From: Octopus sinensis
Taxonomy: Eukaryota
Reading direction: 5' to 3'
DNA length: 64,000 bases
Assembly: GCF_006345805.1 (NCBI RefSeq)
Contig: NW_021836134.1
Coordinates: 310,001-374,000, forward strand
The translations under genes were made by a program, and so were the position numbers. Every line of letters begins with the position of its first letter. Positions within the stretch are counted from its first letter, which is position 1. A model generated the notes under the pieces. It was not told the origin of the DNA. It searched no databases and worked only from the letters and a program-made list of their open reading frames with translations. Below, one piece after another: positions 33,302-46,800 of this stretch.

Positions 33302-35159
33302 AAATAACAAGCGAGATAACTTTACTAACGTTATTTTGCAGTGTGCTTATTAATAATAAATAACACAACAAATAATTAATAATCAAATTTTAAAAATATT
33401 ACTAAACACGTTAAAAAAAATTATATAATTTAACTTTAAATAGGAAACACAGAAACTAGGCAGTCATTTCTTAGATCCTAAACTGGAATGTATAAAAGAT
33501 GCACCTCTCTAGCAACAGGAGAGAGACTCCTATTCAGAAACTAGGGTAGTGTTGAGATCCTAACACCAGTGGTGTTGGCAAGCTTTGTGAGATATTAGCT
33601 AAAATGAACTTGTGCAAAACAGAAATACAAAATTCTAAACTTATTTTTTCAGAAATCAGCTACAACTAATTCTTTTTTCGCGAAGTCGATCAAAAATGCC
33701 GTCCCGAATCCTCTATAAGAGAGAAAGAACCACGTCAATCTTGGAGGAGATTCTAGAGGCCAGATTGAATATGTTTTGTCACATCCTCCGGATAGATATG
33801 AATGCCCGCACAAACTCAGCGCCATGTAGGATCACTTTTCTTTGGACGCAATACATTTCAGAGGCTGATCAAAGACAACAGTGTCGTCTGTCCTTCACGA
33901 GGACTTCAAAAATTGAGAAGCGCCTTAAGGATAAGAGTTACGCAATCTGGCTCAGAATATAACAAAACATAGAAAGGTGACTTCACATGCCTATTGTGCT
34001 TCACGTGCTTTGTCATGATAGTTTGTTGTTGTTTTTGTTGCTGACATCGCGTAGTGCTATTAAGAATATGCATTCAGCTCAAAAGGAATTGAAAAAACTT
34101 ATTTAGTGAGCATGATTTACATAAATAATTTCAATATGTTTCAATTATAATTTTTTGAGAAATTTATTAATGACCAAAGGACCAGGGTAAACCTGTTAAT
34201 TATAATTCCCATGATCCTCGATGCACTTCGCAAGAGACGGAGATCCTCCGGAAAGGTTCGATCGACCTGTGAAAAAGATTTCCCTTGGGATCAGATTTCT
34301 ACAAGTTCTTTTTCGGTAGGGATTAGGTGCCCTCTGAGCGTTTTCATATCCAATTGAAGTTCCAACTAACATGGTAAACCACATTACGCCACGCTGAGAT
34401 CCGGCAGGTAGGAGATTCCCATTCACAGGACTCGTCGCCTCACGTTAATTCTACATAAACTGTCGTTTATTTCCTCTTCATACATTTAACAATTGTATGA
34501 TAGATAAGCATTACATGCTTTAAAATCAATAATTTCAATCTGACTGTGATGAACGGGTGTACCAATTTTATCAGGATTATGAAGTTTCTCAATTTTTAAA
34601 AAATTTCTATTAAGTTACTTGAACAAGCTGGCTTTTTCGACAACTCTCGGTCGCTGTGCTCAACGAAAATACGCACCCCGGCGTCGTTAAGCTGACTCTT
34701 AGGCTCTCGATTATTCTCTTAGCTACTTACCTAGCTAGCATCTAATTTTGTTTTTGATTTTATGATTTATCCCAAAAAGAAATTATTTGAAATAATCTAA
34801 TAGTCAATCATTATACAATTTTAATACAATTGATAATTAATTTTCCGACCATTATTCTAAGAGTTATTAATGATTTAATTGGCAATTTGTTAATCTACAT
34901 TTTGTTAATGATAAAATAGATTAAATAAAAACCAATTTTTGTAATAAAAAACTACATTTGCTGACTCATAAACGTATTTTTCAAATGAACTAAATATCTG
35001 TAGAAATTTTTTTTCTTAAATAAAAATACATTAAATAGAAAAATGATAATGGTCAAATTTTTTTCATCATTAATTAATCATTTGTGGGTAATATTAAAAA
35101 AATTAAATATTAAATTATGGTTAGAAAAATCGAGATAATCAAATTAGAATTAAATTAGA

Positions 35160-35573
35160 TTAAGTTGATATTTTTTGGAGAATGATCTGATAAATATCAA
35201 TTCCTCGCAAAAACGTATCAACATTTAGATACTCATCATGGTCATGAGGAAGCACAGGAGTGTTATTCATCGGGGAAAAGTTGAGAACTGGAATTCCAGT
35301 CTATGTATTGTTAGATTTAATAATGTACTCCACGAAGATATCTTGCATCAGTTCCTGCCGGAAAAATCATGACCTGTGTTTCCAGTTCACTAAAGTTTTT
35401 TATCAAAAATTTAAAATTAAAATATAATTTAACTCAATTATTGATTAAAACTCACAGTTCATCAATAGCAGAAAAAAACGATTTACAAAACGGGGAATCA
35501 AGGGACGAAGGTTGAATTTGTTCACTATCCTGTCAAATATTACAAAAATTCAAATAAAACATAAATTTTATTG
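35160..35573 (-). pseudogene. ACY1: ACY1 3' fragment (last exons only)
   Basis: Matches 7436-7845 / 48373-48787; 5' part replaced by the duplication junction. Confidence 0.9.
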
Positions 35574-37097
35574 ACCTACACTACCTACACTCCCTGCGCC
35601 CACATTTCCTGCATTTCCTACACCTATATTACCTATGCCCGCACCTACATTACTTACACTCCCCCCAAGCTCAGTTTGTTCGTTTGTTTTAGCATCCACG
35701 ATATCTTCGGTGAAACTCTCCATATTCTGACTACCCACCATACTAATCTTATTTTTTACGCCACGCAGTAATACATATTGAACATTTAACGCTCTTAAGC
35801 CTTGTCTTATCTTAATTGCTATCTGAAGTGGTTTGTCTAATCAAGGTCACTAAGCCTAATTTCCGTAAACTGTAAAGGGCTCTTAAGCCTTATCTTAATT
35901 GCTATCTGAAGTGGTTTGTCTAATCAAGGTCACTAAGCTAAATTTCCGGAAACTGTAAAGGGCTCTTAAGCATTATCTTAATAGGCTGTTAAAAAATTGA
36001 CAGGTTGTTAAAGATAAGTGAAAATAAGAATTAATCTAATTTTAATTCAAAGTAAATAATTTTTAAGTGAAAATAAGAATCAATTAAGAGATCCAGCTCG
36101 ATCTGCGTGCTCGACGGGGCAGGGGTTAGAGCCCAGCAGTACGGTTGCTTCCGCGTTCCGCGCACGGTTTGTTGAAGTGTGCACACACGGCGGCAGACAA
36201 ATTTTTAAAGTTTTTTTGTTATTTTCTTTTTTTTATTTTTAAAAATTTTTTTTTTATTTTATGAATTTTTTTTTGTGTGTTTTATTTTTTTTTATTTTTT
36301 GTTTTTTATTGTGTTTTTATTTTATTTTTTATATTTTTTTTCTTTTTTTGTGTTTTATTTTCTTTTTTTTATTTAAATTTTTTGTTTTATTTTTTAATTT
36401 TTTTCTTTTTTGGTGTTTTAGTTTCTTTTTTTTATTTAAATTTTTTGTTTTATTTTTTAATTTTTTTCTTTTTTGGTGTTTTAGTTTCTTTTTTTTATTT
36501 AAATTTTTTGTTTTATTTTTTAATTTTTTTCTTTTTTGGTGTTTTAGTTTCTTTTTTTTATTTAAATTTTTTGTTTTATTTTTTAATTTTTTTCTTTTTT
36601 TGTGTTTTATTTTCTTTTTTTTTTATTTTTTAACTTTTTTTTTTATTTTTTTTTTTTTGTTTTTATTTTCTTATTTTTTGATTTTTTTGTGTTTTATTTT
36701 TTTTAACTTTTTTTTTATTTTTTAATTTTTTTTGTTTTTATTTTCTTATTTTTTGATTTTTTTGGGTTTTATTTTCTTTTTTTATGTTTTAAATTTTTTT
36801 TATTTTATGTTTTAAATTTTTTTTCTTTTTTTTATTTTTAACTTTTTTTGTATTTTTTGATTTTTTTTGTTTTTTATTTTCTTAGTTTTTGCTTTTTTGT
36901 GTTTTTATTTTCTTTTTTTATTTTTAAAATTTTTTTTCTTTTTTTTTGTGTTTTATTTTTCCTTTTTTTAGAATAGAATAGAATAGAATAGTGTTTATTG
37001 AGCGAAAAGAAAAAGAAAAACAAGGAAGAAAAACATCGGCGGGGAGATAAAAACAAGGCACCGAAGTGTCTCTTTCCATGCGTATCCCCAATACTAG

Positions 37098-39695
37098 TCA
37101 TGTTTGACGACAATTCTCCAAGACCATCCGGATCGTGGGCACAGAGGATTCTTGTGAGTCTTTTAGCCTTCCGTCAAGTTGTACTCCGTAAGCCAATTTC
37201 ATAGCGAAACGTCTTGTCTTTTCCAACTGTTCGATCAGGTAGTCACTCTCCTCCGTACCGTACCAGCCCTCGTAGCCATATGTGAGGACTGGCTGCACAC
37301 ACGTTTTGTATACGTAGATGTACGTTTCCGGATCCAGATGGAACCTGGTTAAGCTTTTGAGGATCCTCACACTCCTCTTTCTCTGATTTGCTATATGCTC
37401 TACGTACGAGCCACGACAGTTAATGGTTGCTCCCAGGTAAGAAAGATTTTTTCTTTTCGAGAGATCCATCACATAGCTACTCATCGCATATGCACAAGAC
37501 TCCGCATAGCGACTCCCTCTCCGCAACCATGAAATGGTGCTCTTCTCCGGTGCTAGGGTCAAACCCTTCTCTATAGTCCACATCTTTAGCGTTGCAATGT
37601 ATGATTTCAGTCGTCTCCAAGACTGCGATATCCTTTTCGAGGTATCCATGACCAGGATATCGTCAGCATAGATAACGAGCTTGCCAGTACGTGTCGACGG
37701 CAGAGGAATGTCCGCCAAGAAGAGGTTGAACAGAAGTGGACTCAAGATAGATCCCTGCGGGACTCCCCTTCTAAGTTCCACACACCCCGATAGGCGGTTT
37801 CCACAGCGGACAAATGATTGTCTTCCTGACAAGAAGCTCTCCAGCCATCGATAGGTCTTTATCCCGGCTCCGATGTCATGGATTCTGGAGAGTAGGCCCA
37901 GGTGCCACACGCTATCGAAGGCTTTGGCCAGATCCAGACACACCACAGTTAGCCATGCTTCATTTCTGTCAGCACGGGATAATTGGTGCTCTAACTCCCT
38001 GAGGCAGTCCCCTGTGGATCTTCCTCCACGAAATCCCCATTGTTCAGGTAAAAGCAAATTTTGTGATTCTATATGACCAGAGAGTCTGTTAAAGACAATC
38101 TTTTCCATTGTCTTAGAGAAAGCACAAATGAGGCTAATTGGCCGGTAGTTCTGTGCCAGCAGTGTCGATTTACCAGATTTTGGAATCATTCGAACAATCG
38201 TATGCTTCCACGCCGATGGAAGGTGTCCGAACGTCCAGCTGGCGTGAAACAACATAGTCAATGCTCGTATCAAGATTTCAGGGGCCTTCTTTAACAACTT
38301 CGGAGGGATGTAGTCGAAGCCAGGCGCCTTGTTCTTCAACCCAGCAATTGCCCTTTCAACCTCTTCCTGTGTTATCGCCCCACATAATGGTCCCTCCGAT
38401 AATTGCGAAGAGCCAAGCTTCTTCACAATTCGGTCATAAGTCCCTCGTGGAACGGTAGATTCGACCTCTTGAACCTTACTCAGTTGGTTCCTGAGTACTT
38501 CCGGGATACGATCAGAGGAGATATATTTCCCGTCTGGTTCTTTTAGTGAAATTTCAAATCCTTTGGCATCATTTCTGGTAAGGCGTTGATATGCTTTCCA
38601 GAAATTAGGGTTTCGCTTATCCAGTTTTCTGCATTCAGACCTCCATTTACTTTCGACCTCAGTCTTGGCCATTTTTGCAATAGTAGATTTTATCTTGTCG
38701 ATCTCCAATTTCAGGCGGCATTTGATTGACTCAACCCGACATCTTCTCCTGCGATTTTCCAGGGTACCTTTCGTTCTGATCAGAGTGACAAGTTTCGAAT
38801 TCATCCGCTTTTGCGTTCCTTTGGGTTTCCATACATTTTTTAATGCATAAACATCCAGGAATTTTATGATTGACGATCTAAGGTGATCATCGAGATTGTC
38901 AATATCATCTCTGCTTCTCAGAGGCTGGGACACGACATTTCGAAGAGAATCCCGCATATATGATTCGAATAAACTCCAGTTCATGTTCACGAGGTTGTAA
39001 CCAATGAACAAGTCCTCCGTAACATTCATAGTCATCTTTATCAACATCGTTTGCGGCACGTGGTCAGAGCCAATGTCCGCTTCCAACCTCGGTATGTAAC
39101 ATAAAGGACTAATTGATGCCGAGCATAGAAAGAGACCCAAGCGATCAGCCCTGCCTCTGTCTGCATAATGATTCAGTTCTTCCGATGTAAAGACCGAAAA
39201 ACCCAAGCTACTGGCCAAGTCCTCAAGGACAGTTCCATCCATATTCGTAGTTTCACATCCATAACTCACATTTTTGGCATTAAGATCTCCTGCTAGGATT
39301 GACAGGCAATTTTCCTCAAAGAACGTCCCAATAACGTTTGAATAGCGCCTTAGCGACTTTGAGTACATTCCCCCGACGGTTAGCCAGCCAGCAGTCGTGT
39401 GCAGCTCGAGCACAATAAGTTCACAGAGTGACTCCTCCACAATTCTGATGTTTCTTACCTTAAGGTTCGCCCTGTAGTAGACTGAGGTTCCTGTCCCCGC
39501 CACTGAGTTTATTTTCCATGGTATATTAATAGACTTATAGCCTTCGAATTCCACCCTCGTAGCTTCCTTCAGCTTAGTCTCATTGATAATCAATATGTGA
39601 GACTTCGCTGTGGCCAGCAGGAGCCTCAGCTCCGATGCCCGTCTCGCAAGCGAGCGGGCATTTAGAATTGTCAGAGCAAGGAATCCTTCCGACAT
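37098..39695 (-). CDS. LINE ORF2 (APE + RT), copy 2
   Basis: 865-aa translation matches 23686-26283. Confidence 0.95.
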   Translation of the reverse strand: MSEGFLALTILNARSLARRASELRLLLATAKSHILIINETKLKEATRVEFEGYKSINIPWKINSVAGTGTSVYYRANLKVRNIRIVEESLCELIVLELHTTAGWLTVGGMYSKSLRRYSNVIGTFFEENCLSILAGDLNAKNVSYGCETTNMDGTVLEDLASSLGFSVFTSEELNHYADRGRADRLGLFLCSASISPLCYIPRLEADIGSDHVPQTMLIKMTMNVTEDLFIGYNLVNMNWSLFESYMRDSLRNVVSQPLRSRDDIDNLDDHLRSSIIKFLDVYALKNVWKPKGTQKRMNSKLVTLIRTKGTLENRRRRCRVESIKCRLKLEIDKIKSTIAKMAKTEVESKWRSECRKLDKRNPNFWKAYQRLTRNDAKGFEISLKEPDGKYISSDRIPEVLRNQLSKVQEVESTVPRGTYDRIVKKLGSSQLSEGPLCGAITQEEVERAIAGLKNKAPGFDYIPPKLLKKAPEILIRALTMLFHASWTFGHLPSAWKHTIVRMIPKSGKSTLLAQNYRPISLICAFSKTMEKIVFNRLSGHIESQNLLLPEQWGFRGGRSTGDCLRELEHQLSRADRNEAWLTVVCLDLAKAFDSVWHLGLLSRIHDIGAGIKTYRWLESFLSGRQSFVRCGNRLSGCVELRRGVPQGSILSPLLFNLFLADIPLPSTRTGKLVIYADDILVMDTSKRISQSWRRLKSYIATLKMWTIEKGLTLAPEKSTISWLRRGSRYAESCAYAMSSYVMDLSKRKNLSYLGATINCRGSYVEHIANQRKRSVRILKSLTRFHLDPETYIYVYKTCVQPVLTYGYEGWYGTEESDYLIEQLEKTRRFAMKLAYGVQLDGRLKDSQESSVPTIRMVLENCRQT

Positions 39696-40852
39696 GGGTG
39701 GCTGACCTCCCGTGGGAGCGCCACCTTTTTCGGTAAAGGGGGTCTGCCTGCTTTCCGTTTGCCACCGGTTTCAGCCGGCTCTGGAGGCGTCCCATCGTCC
39801 TCCAGCCGGGCTTCAGGGCTTGGCAGCTGAACTCCAGATTTTGCTACTGCAGTTTTCTTCACTGCTCTCGCCTTCGGGGCGGCGGGTTTTGTTTCTGGGC
39901 ATGGGTCCGTTTGAATTCCCGTGTTAATGAAGCAGGTCTGACTTCCGGATTCGATCAAGTTCTTGACGATAACGTCAGTTTGAACACCAATATCGCATTT
40001 CGGATTAAGTAACTTCTTCGACCAAGACATTTGTATGCCAGACATTTGTATTGCATTTACACGATTTCTCTTAGTGGGAGTCACTTCCAGTTTCTTCTTT
40101 GTCGATTGTTTCGCCACCGGACAGCCCAACCAGTTCGCCCGGTGTCCATGTGATCCGCAGTTGATGCACGGGAGTTTGACGTGTGTTCCGATCGTACATT
40201 GGGTGCGATCGTGTGCATCACCACACAACAAACAGCGCACTGTCTCTTTACAGTATAACGAGATGTGTCCAAATTTGTAACATCGATAGCATTGCCTCTC
40301 GGGATTTTTGTACCAGGTAAAACGGATTTGGTTGAAGCCAATTTTAAGACCTAGGGTGATCAACGACTGTGCTTCGTTTCTGTCCTGGATAGTAAGCTTG
40401 CCAAGTGGCAGATTTTTCCCATTTTTACTAAATCTTTCCAGTTTGAACCCTGGGGATAGCACTTTCGACAAAAGCCTGTGTAGATCCTCGTTATCAACCC
40501 AAAAAGGTAGATTCCTCATCATTAAGGTCGAATCCCTGGGTGTTCGGTGCTCTATTGTGTGCCCATTGTCACCAAAAGGAAGCTTCATTTCCCAATCGTT
40601 TTTAAAAGACTCGAAATCCCGTTCCGAATTAAAGACAAGTTCGTATGAGCCATCAAAGCGACGGGAGATTCTCGCCTTGAGGGCAGTTTTCGAATTACAG
40701 ATGATGTTGGCAACCTCAATTGAATCAAAAGAGGTGTTTGACACACGTACAATTATCGACACTTTCCGATTTTCTTTTTCTTGTTTGAAATTAACATTAA
40801 TTTTGCTATTTTCAATTTTGCTATTTGCACAACCAGAAACGAAACGCACCAT
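39671..40852 (-). CDS. LINE ORF1, copy 2
   Basis: 393-aa translation matches 26259-27440. Confidence 0.92.
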   Translation of the reverse strand: MVRFVSGCANSKIENSKINVNFKQEKENRKVSIIVRVSNTSFDSIEVANIICNSKTALKARISRRFDGSYELVFNSERDFESFKNDWEMKLPFGDNGHTIEHRTPRDSTLMMRNLPFWVDNEDLHRLLSKVLSPGFKLERFSKNGKNLPLGKLTIQDRNEAQSLITLGLKIGFNQIRFTWYKNPERQCYRCYKFGHISLYCKETVRCLLCGDAHDRTQCTIGTHVKLPCINCGSHGHRANWLGCPVAKQSTKKKLEVTPTKRNRVNAIQMSGIQMSWSKKLLNPKCDIGVQTDVIVKNLIESGSQTCFINTGIQTDPCPETKPAAPKARAVKKTAVAKSGVQLPSPEARLEDDGTPPEPAETGGKRKAGRPPLPKKVALPREVSHPCRKDSLL

Positions 40853-43800
40853 GCTTTCCTTTTTTTATTTTTCGATTTTTTGTTTTTTATTTTCTTTTTT
40901 TGTCTTTTGCGGTGTTTTATTTTATTTTTGATTTTTTAACTTTTTTTTGATTTTTTTCTTATTTTTTGTTTTTTTATTGTGTTTTTATTTTTTAATTTTT
41001 TTTATTTTTTGATTTTTTAACTTTTTTTTGAATTTTTTCTTATTTTTGTTTTTTATTGTGTTTTTATTTTCTTTTTTTATTTTTTTAATTTTTTTTTCCT
41101 TTTTCATTTATTTTTTAAATTTTTTTTTTATTTTTGAATTTTTTTTTGTTTTTATTTTTTATTTTTTGTTTTTTTTATTTTTTGTTTTTTATTGTGTTTT
41201 TATTTTTTTATTCTTTTTTTTGTGTTTTATTTTCTTTTTTTGATTTTTTTGTTTTATTTTCTTTTTTTATTTTTTAGTTTTTTAATTTTTTGATTTTTAT
41301 TGTGTTTTTATTTTATTTTTTTATTTTTTAAAAGTTTTTTTATTTTTTAATTTTTTTTTATTGTTAATTTTTTTTTATTTTTAAATTTTTTTTTATTTTT
41401 AATTTTTTTTCTTTTTTTGTCTTTTAGTTTCTTTTTTTTATTTATTAAGTTTTTTTTTCTTTTTTGTTTATTTTCTTTTTTAATTTTTTAAGTTTTTTTT
41501 TTTTTTTTTTTATTTTCTTTTTTTTGGGCTTTATTTTCTTTTTTTTATTTGTTAACTTTTTATATTTGATTTTTTCGTGTTTCTTTGTAATTTCCTTTTT
41601 TTTCTTTTTTTATTTGGGTGAGATGGGGGGAAATGCGGAAATGCGGCAGGCAGAGATGCGGCAGGCGGAAATGCGGCAGGCAGAGATGCGGCAGGCAGAG
41701 ATGCGGCAGGCAGAGATGCGGCAGGCAGAGATGCGGCAGGCAGAGATGCGGCAGGTAGAGATGCGGCAGGCAAGAAAGCGACAGGCAAGAAAGCGACAGG
41801 CAAGAAAGCGACAGGCAAGAAAGCGACAGGCAAGAAAGCGACAGGCAAGAAAGCGACAGGCAAGAAAGCGACAGGCAAGAAAGCGACAGGCAAGAAAGCG
41901 ACAGGCAAGAAAGCGACACATAAAAAAGCGACAGGCAAGAAAGCGACAGGCAAGAAAGCGACACACAAAAAAGCGACAGGCAAGAAAGCGACACACAAAA
42001 AAGATTTGATTAATTACCTTATTAAGCTGACCGTTTTTTCTTCAGCTTCGTTTTTCCTCCTTCGGTTATCTATTAAAAAAATTATTTTTGAATAATAAAA
42101 AAGTTTAGGATAAGAGGCATACCGAAAATAAATTCTATCTTTACGAAAAACTTCTTTTCTTAAGGTCGTCTTCCCTCCTTCGGTTATCTATTGAAAAAAT
42201 TATTTTTGAATAATAAAAAAGTTTAGGAAAAGAGGCATACCGAAAATAAATTCTATCTTTACGAAAAACTTAACTAAATAGTTAATATTTTTACGCAAAT
42301 TCTTCTGATTGCGCTGTCAATGGGTGGTAAATTGTGTTAATGATTGTCCTAATGTGGTTTCAACTATCAAAGTGTTTTTCAAAATCTGTTAATTGCACAC
42401 TCTATTCAAGGTCGTGCGTCAATTTGTGGTAAATTGTGTTAATGATTGTGCTAATTGGTTTCAACTATCAAAGTGGTTTTTCAAAATCTGTTAATTGCAC
42501 ACTCTATGATAATAGCTTTAATTTTGATTCATGGTCGTTAATGATATATGCATTTAATTTTAAAGAGAAAAACATAGGATGAATTGAATTTCTTTATCGC
42601 GAATAATTGGGAGTTCATCATTGTTAATATTCTCGCTGTCGTTTTCATCAAGGATATTCTTAATACGTGAGATTTTTGCCTGGAAAGTTTTAATGGACCT
42701 CATCATGAATGTCGAGGACATCGTAGTTATTCATTTTAACCAAAATGCAGAAAATTTTTTTTTAATTTTTTTGGGGGGGAAGGTTTTAAGGACCTCATCA
42801 TGTAAGTCGAGGACATCGTAGTTGTTCATTTTAACCAAAATGCAGAAAATTTTTTTTTGATTTTTTTGGGGGGAAGGTTTTAAGGACCTCATCATGTAAG
42901 TCGAGGACATCGTAGTTATTCATTTTAACCAAAATGCAGAAAATTTTTTTTTAATTTTTTTGGGGGGAAGGTTTTAAGGACCTCATCATGTAAGTCGAGG
43001 ACATCGTAGTTGTTCATTTTAACCAAAATGCAGAAAATTTTTTTTTTAATTTTTTTTGAGGGGGGAAGGTTTTAAGGACCTCATCATGTAAGTCGAGGAC
43101 ATCGTAGTTGTTCATTTTGACCAAAACGCAGAAAAATTTTTTTTAATTTTTTTTGGGGGGAAGGTTTTAAGGACCTCATCATGTAAGTCGAGGACATCGT
43201 ATTGCCAATTTGAAGTTGGTGTGCACACACAGACAGACAGACAGACAGACAGACACACAGACAGACAGACAGACAGACAGACACACACCATACCATTTTA
43301 TTATTAAGATTTGTTGCTAAGTTATCCAAACTTTGTTTTACCTAAAATTTAGAAAAACTTTTTTTAACATAGTAATAACATAATAAACTAACCACGTGAT
43401 CCCGATTCACTTCACAAAGGACCTCATCTTTCACGGTAATCTTCCCACTAGTCACAAAAAATCGGAACGAATGAATGGTTGGTTGCAAGGACATAGCCCG
43501 GCAATCTGAAGTTCAGCTTAATCAGATTTTCCAAACGAGCCGCCCCGGAACCTTTGTTTCCATTTGACCAATGTTTGGCTTATTTGCACGCCCTTAATTG
43601 AGCCTTCTCGGTTTTCCTCCTGTTTGATAAATAAGGTTCCCGTAAACCACAAGCATAGGAAAAACATGGTTTGATGTATTGAAGATATATGTTTGTGAAG
43701 ACCGGGTGAGAACTACTCTTCCATAATCCCAATAAGGTTTCAACAAGTTCATTTATTTTTCGCATTTCATAAGTATTTTATCTAAATTTTGAGAAAAGCA

Positions 43801-46800
43801 GAAATCTATATCATTACTCACTTGTAAAATCCTCTGCATTTTTCACTGTTTTCTTATTGTCTCCTGAATCTTAGGCATAATCTCAAGATTTTAAAAAATG
43901 TAAATCATTAGCTGAATGAGCGAGAACTCTTTTTTTCATTCAAAAGTCGGAGCGAAGATCCAATAAATGCAAAAATTGGTAATAAAAAATCACCTTAGTT
44001 AAGTTAGTTAATTAATCCACTTTCGCGCTACCAATAGATCGTCAGCGTCCGTCAATCAACCCCTGATGACAGCATAATCCTCCGAAAGTGTCTTGGGAAG
44101 ACATCCTCCTGGACGTCCTCTATAAGTTGGATATTCAAAAAATCACTTTTGAGGACATTATTTTCTTAACATTTATTTCAAAAATGTAAATAAAAATTCA
44201 AAAAATTCAATTTTAAAATTTCATTATAAAAAGTTTATTTACAACAAAAAACAAAATAAGAATTTAAATCAAGAAAATTTGGTGTGTATCTTCTGCTTGT
44301 TTCAACAAATTTAGATACAGCATTAATTTATACGTCAATTTCGTAGGTTATCAATTAAAAAAAGTACTGAGATTTTAAACATTTTAACTAAATGAGTTCA
44401 AAATTTCGAAAAATTATTTATGAGCTGATAACGGTATGTTTGAAGTTTTACAAAATATCAAATCAACAAATAATATTCCTTGTGTTCCTTAATATCTTCA
44501 AAGTTTTATGCTACTATAAAATCAGAAATGAAATCAGTGTACGATTTAACAAAAACTGGATTAAGCATGGATTGCTGAATCAAAAAAAGTTCAGATGATT
44601 GTTGAAGGAGAAACGAGTTAGTACAAACTTGCGGGAAATGCTATGTCAAAAACATTGAGGATGTTGGCAGTAGCTATCGCTGAAATTAACTCTGCTTTAA
44701 AGGAGATCCAAATGGCATTCGAAATTGTCTAAGCTCAAGGTTTATCAGGACTTTTCCGTTTTTACATTTTTCGACGGGTTCTTCGGACAGGATTAGGAAA
44801 CAATTTCTTCCGATTCTGTTTCAGTAAAAACCACATTTTTAGAGGTCTCTCTTTTTGGATTCCATTCGTTTTGTTGTAGATTAGTTCAATAGTTGAGTGG
44901 TTTGTTTCTTTGACTATTCAGGAGGTTTTTAGAAAAAAGTTAAGATTTAGAATCAATAATGTGCAAAGAGAATAAATTGACTGTTTTTAGGAAAATGGCA
45001 ATTGAAATTCTTTGTAGGAATCATGATGATTCACTTTGCTCACATTTACGCGAAGAAATCCTACTTCTGAGGTCATAGATAAAATTTCCTGCATCTCCAA
45101 AGACTTCAACTAAGACGGGAGCAAAAAATGATGATATGAGAGAGTTTGATATTTGTCGATTTTCACACGCTCCCTGCGTGCGCAAGGAATTCGGCCGAAG
45201 AGATAATTTTCAACACAAAAAACTTGCCTTTGTAGATCGCATCCCACACAAGTGACATACCTTTTTAGAATAGGAAGATTGTCTTTTGTCATCACCTTAA
45301 TGATAACTATAAACTATTCTTCATTATTTATTATTACTGGAGAATTCGTAGTTGTGAAGTTTAATATCGAATGAATTTTCTCTTCAATACGAAGAAAAAA
45401 AAATTGACTGAGGACCTAATCATTTATAGAGTTTTAGTAATTTGTCTTTAAGAAACTAAGCTCAACAAGGATTTCGATGAGATTATCTTAGTTCAATATT
45501 TTATTTATTTGGGTTAACATTACTCAATTTAGCTATCATTAATTGATGTTTCTTCATATAAGACAACTAGTCCGCTTACCGATCACGTCTCGACACCTCT
45601 CCTAATATTATTATAGTAAGAAAGAAAGCTGACTCCTCTGGCAGGTCAACTGACAGTCAAAATTACTCTTTCCTAAGGATAAGATTATTTTCTTTTGCAA
45701 TTTGTTGTTGTCAACCTTAATGCAATGCATGTGATAGCGATCATGCTCGCCAACGTTTCTTGATTGTCACTAATTGGATGTATCCATTAGTCCAGATATT
45801 TATAATTAATTTTTTATGTAGAACTAGAACTTGGTCACTATTCTATCCTATGTAAATACGACAAGGACTATTGTGACTGTGCCAAATTGTCCAGCAAGTA
45901 GATTATACTTGTAAAATTTATCTACTTCGACTTGCTTTAAGTTGTCTTTAAATGTAAACACGACTTCAAATATTGTTATCTAATTTTGTATTTTATGAAA
46001 CACATTGGCTTGTTTTCAAGGCCATGTCTACTTTCGTGTCAACAGGACTATTTGCCACGATCACTAACCTACCTAAATAATACATATAAATCTCATGTTT
46101 TTTTAAATGAAGGAATTTCCAGTCCTGATTAATGCGATTCTTAAATGGGAAGACGACCACATTGCATCAAAAAGCTTGCATGATGGAAATGATGGCATCA
46201 TATCGAACTAATGGGATGTCTATTTTTTTAATAACTACTGATATAATATCAATAATATAAAATTCAGGTATAAAAATTTATTCTAATATAACATGTTATC
46301 CGGCATCGGTAAGTAAGAGTCATCCTTATATCAGAATCATGACTGACTTAAGAATCATCATCTGCCATAAAATCAATTTAACAAATAGACGTCAATTGTA
46401 TATAACTTTAGCTAGACTATTTAATTTAGATTCTCAGTCCCGATTATTGGAAATATCTTTCCTTCTCTTAAATAATTACAATAAAATAGCAACACAAGCG
46501 GGATAACTTTACTAACGTTATTTTGCGGTGTGCTTATTAATAATAAATAACAGAACAAATAATTAAGCACGTTAAAAAATAGACAAATGTATTATTTAAT
46601 CAAATTTTAAAAATATTACTAAACACGTTTAAAAAAAATTATATAATTTAACTTTAAATAGGAAACACAGAAACTAGACAGTCATTTCTTGGATCCTAAA
46701 CTGGAATGTATAAAAGATGCACCTCCCTAGCAACAGGAGAGAGACTCCTATTCAGAAACTAGGGTAGTGTTGAGATCCTAACACCAGTGATGTTGGCAAG

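Larger units (their letters stand above)
29877..35573. repeat. Segmental duplication copy B (right arm; left arm 16306-16583)
   Basis: Colinear with A 1401-7845 minus the CRE insertion; ends abruptly inside an ACY1 exon. Confidence 0.95.
36970..40852 (-). mobile_element. LINE copy 2
   Basis: (TATTC)4 tail at 36971-36990; ORF translations appear identical to copy 1. Confidence 0.92.
35574..43309 (-). mobile_element. Partial Helitron copy (5' end to middle of the small Gly-rich ORF; no RepHel, no 3' end)
   Basis: Near-identical to 22275-29876; same GA|tttgttgctaag 5' junction at 43309. Confidence 0.95.

Noticed and set aside
35400-35770. In-frame fusion of the Helitron small ORF to ACY1 3' exons
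   Set aside because: The junction reads GTA GGT CAA TAA: immediate stop, out of frame with ACY1.
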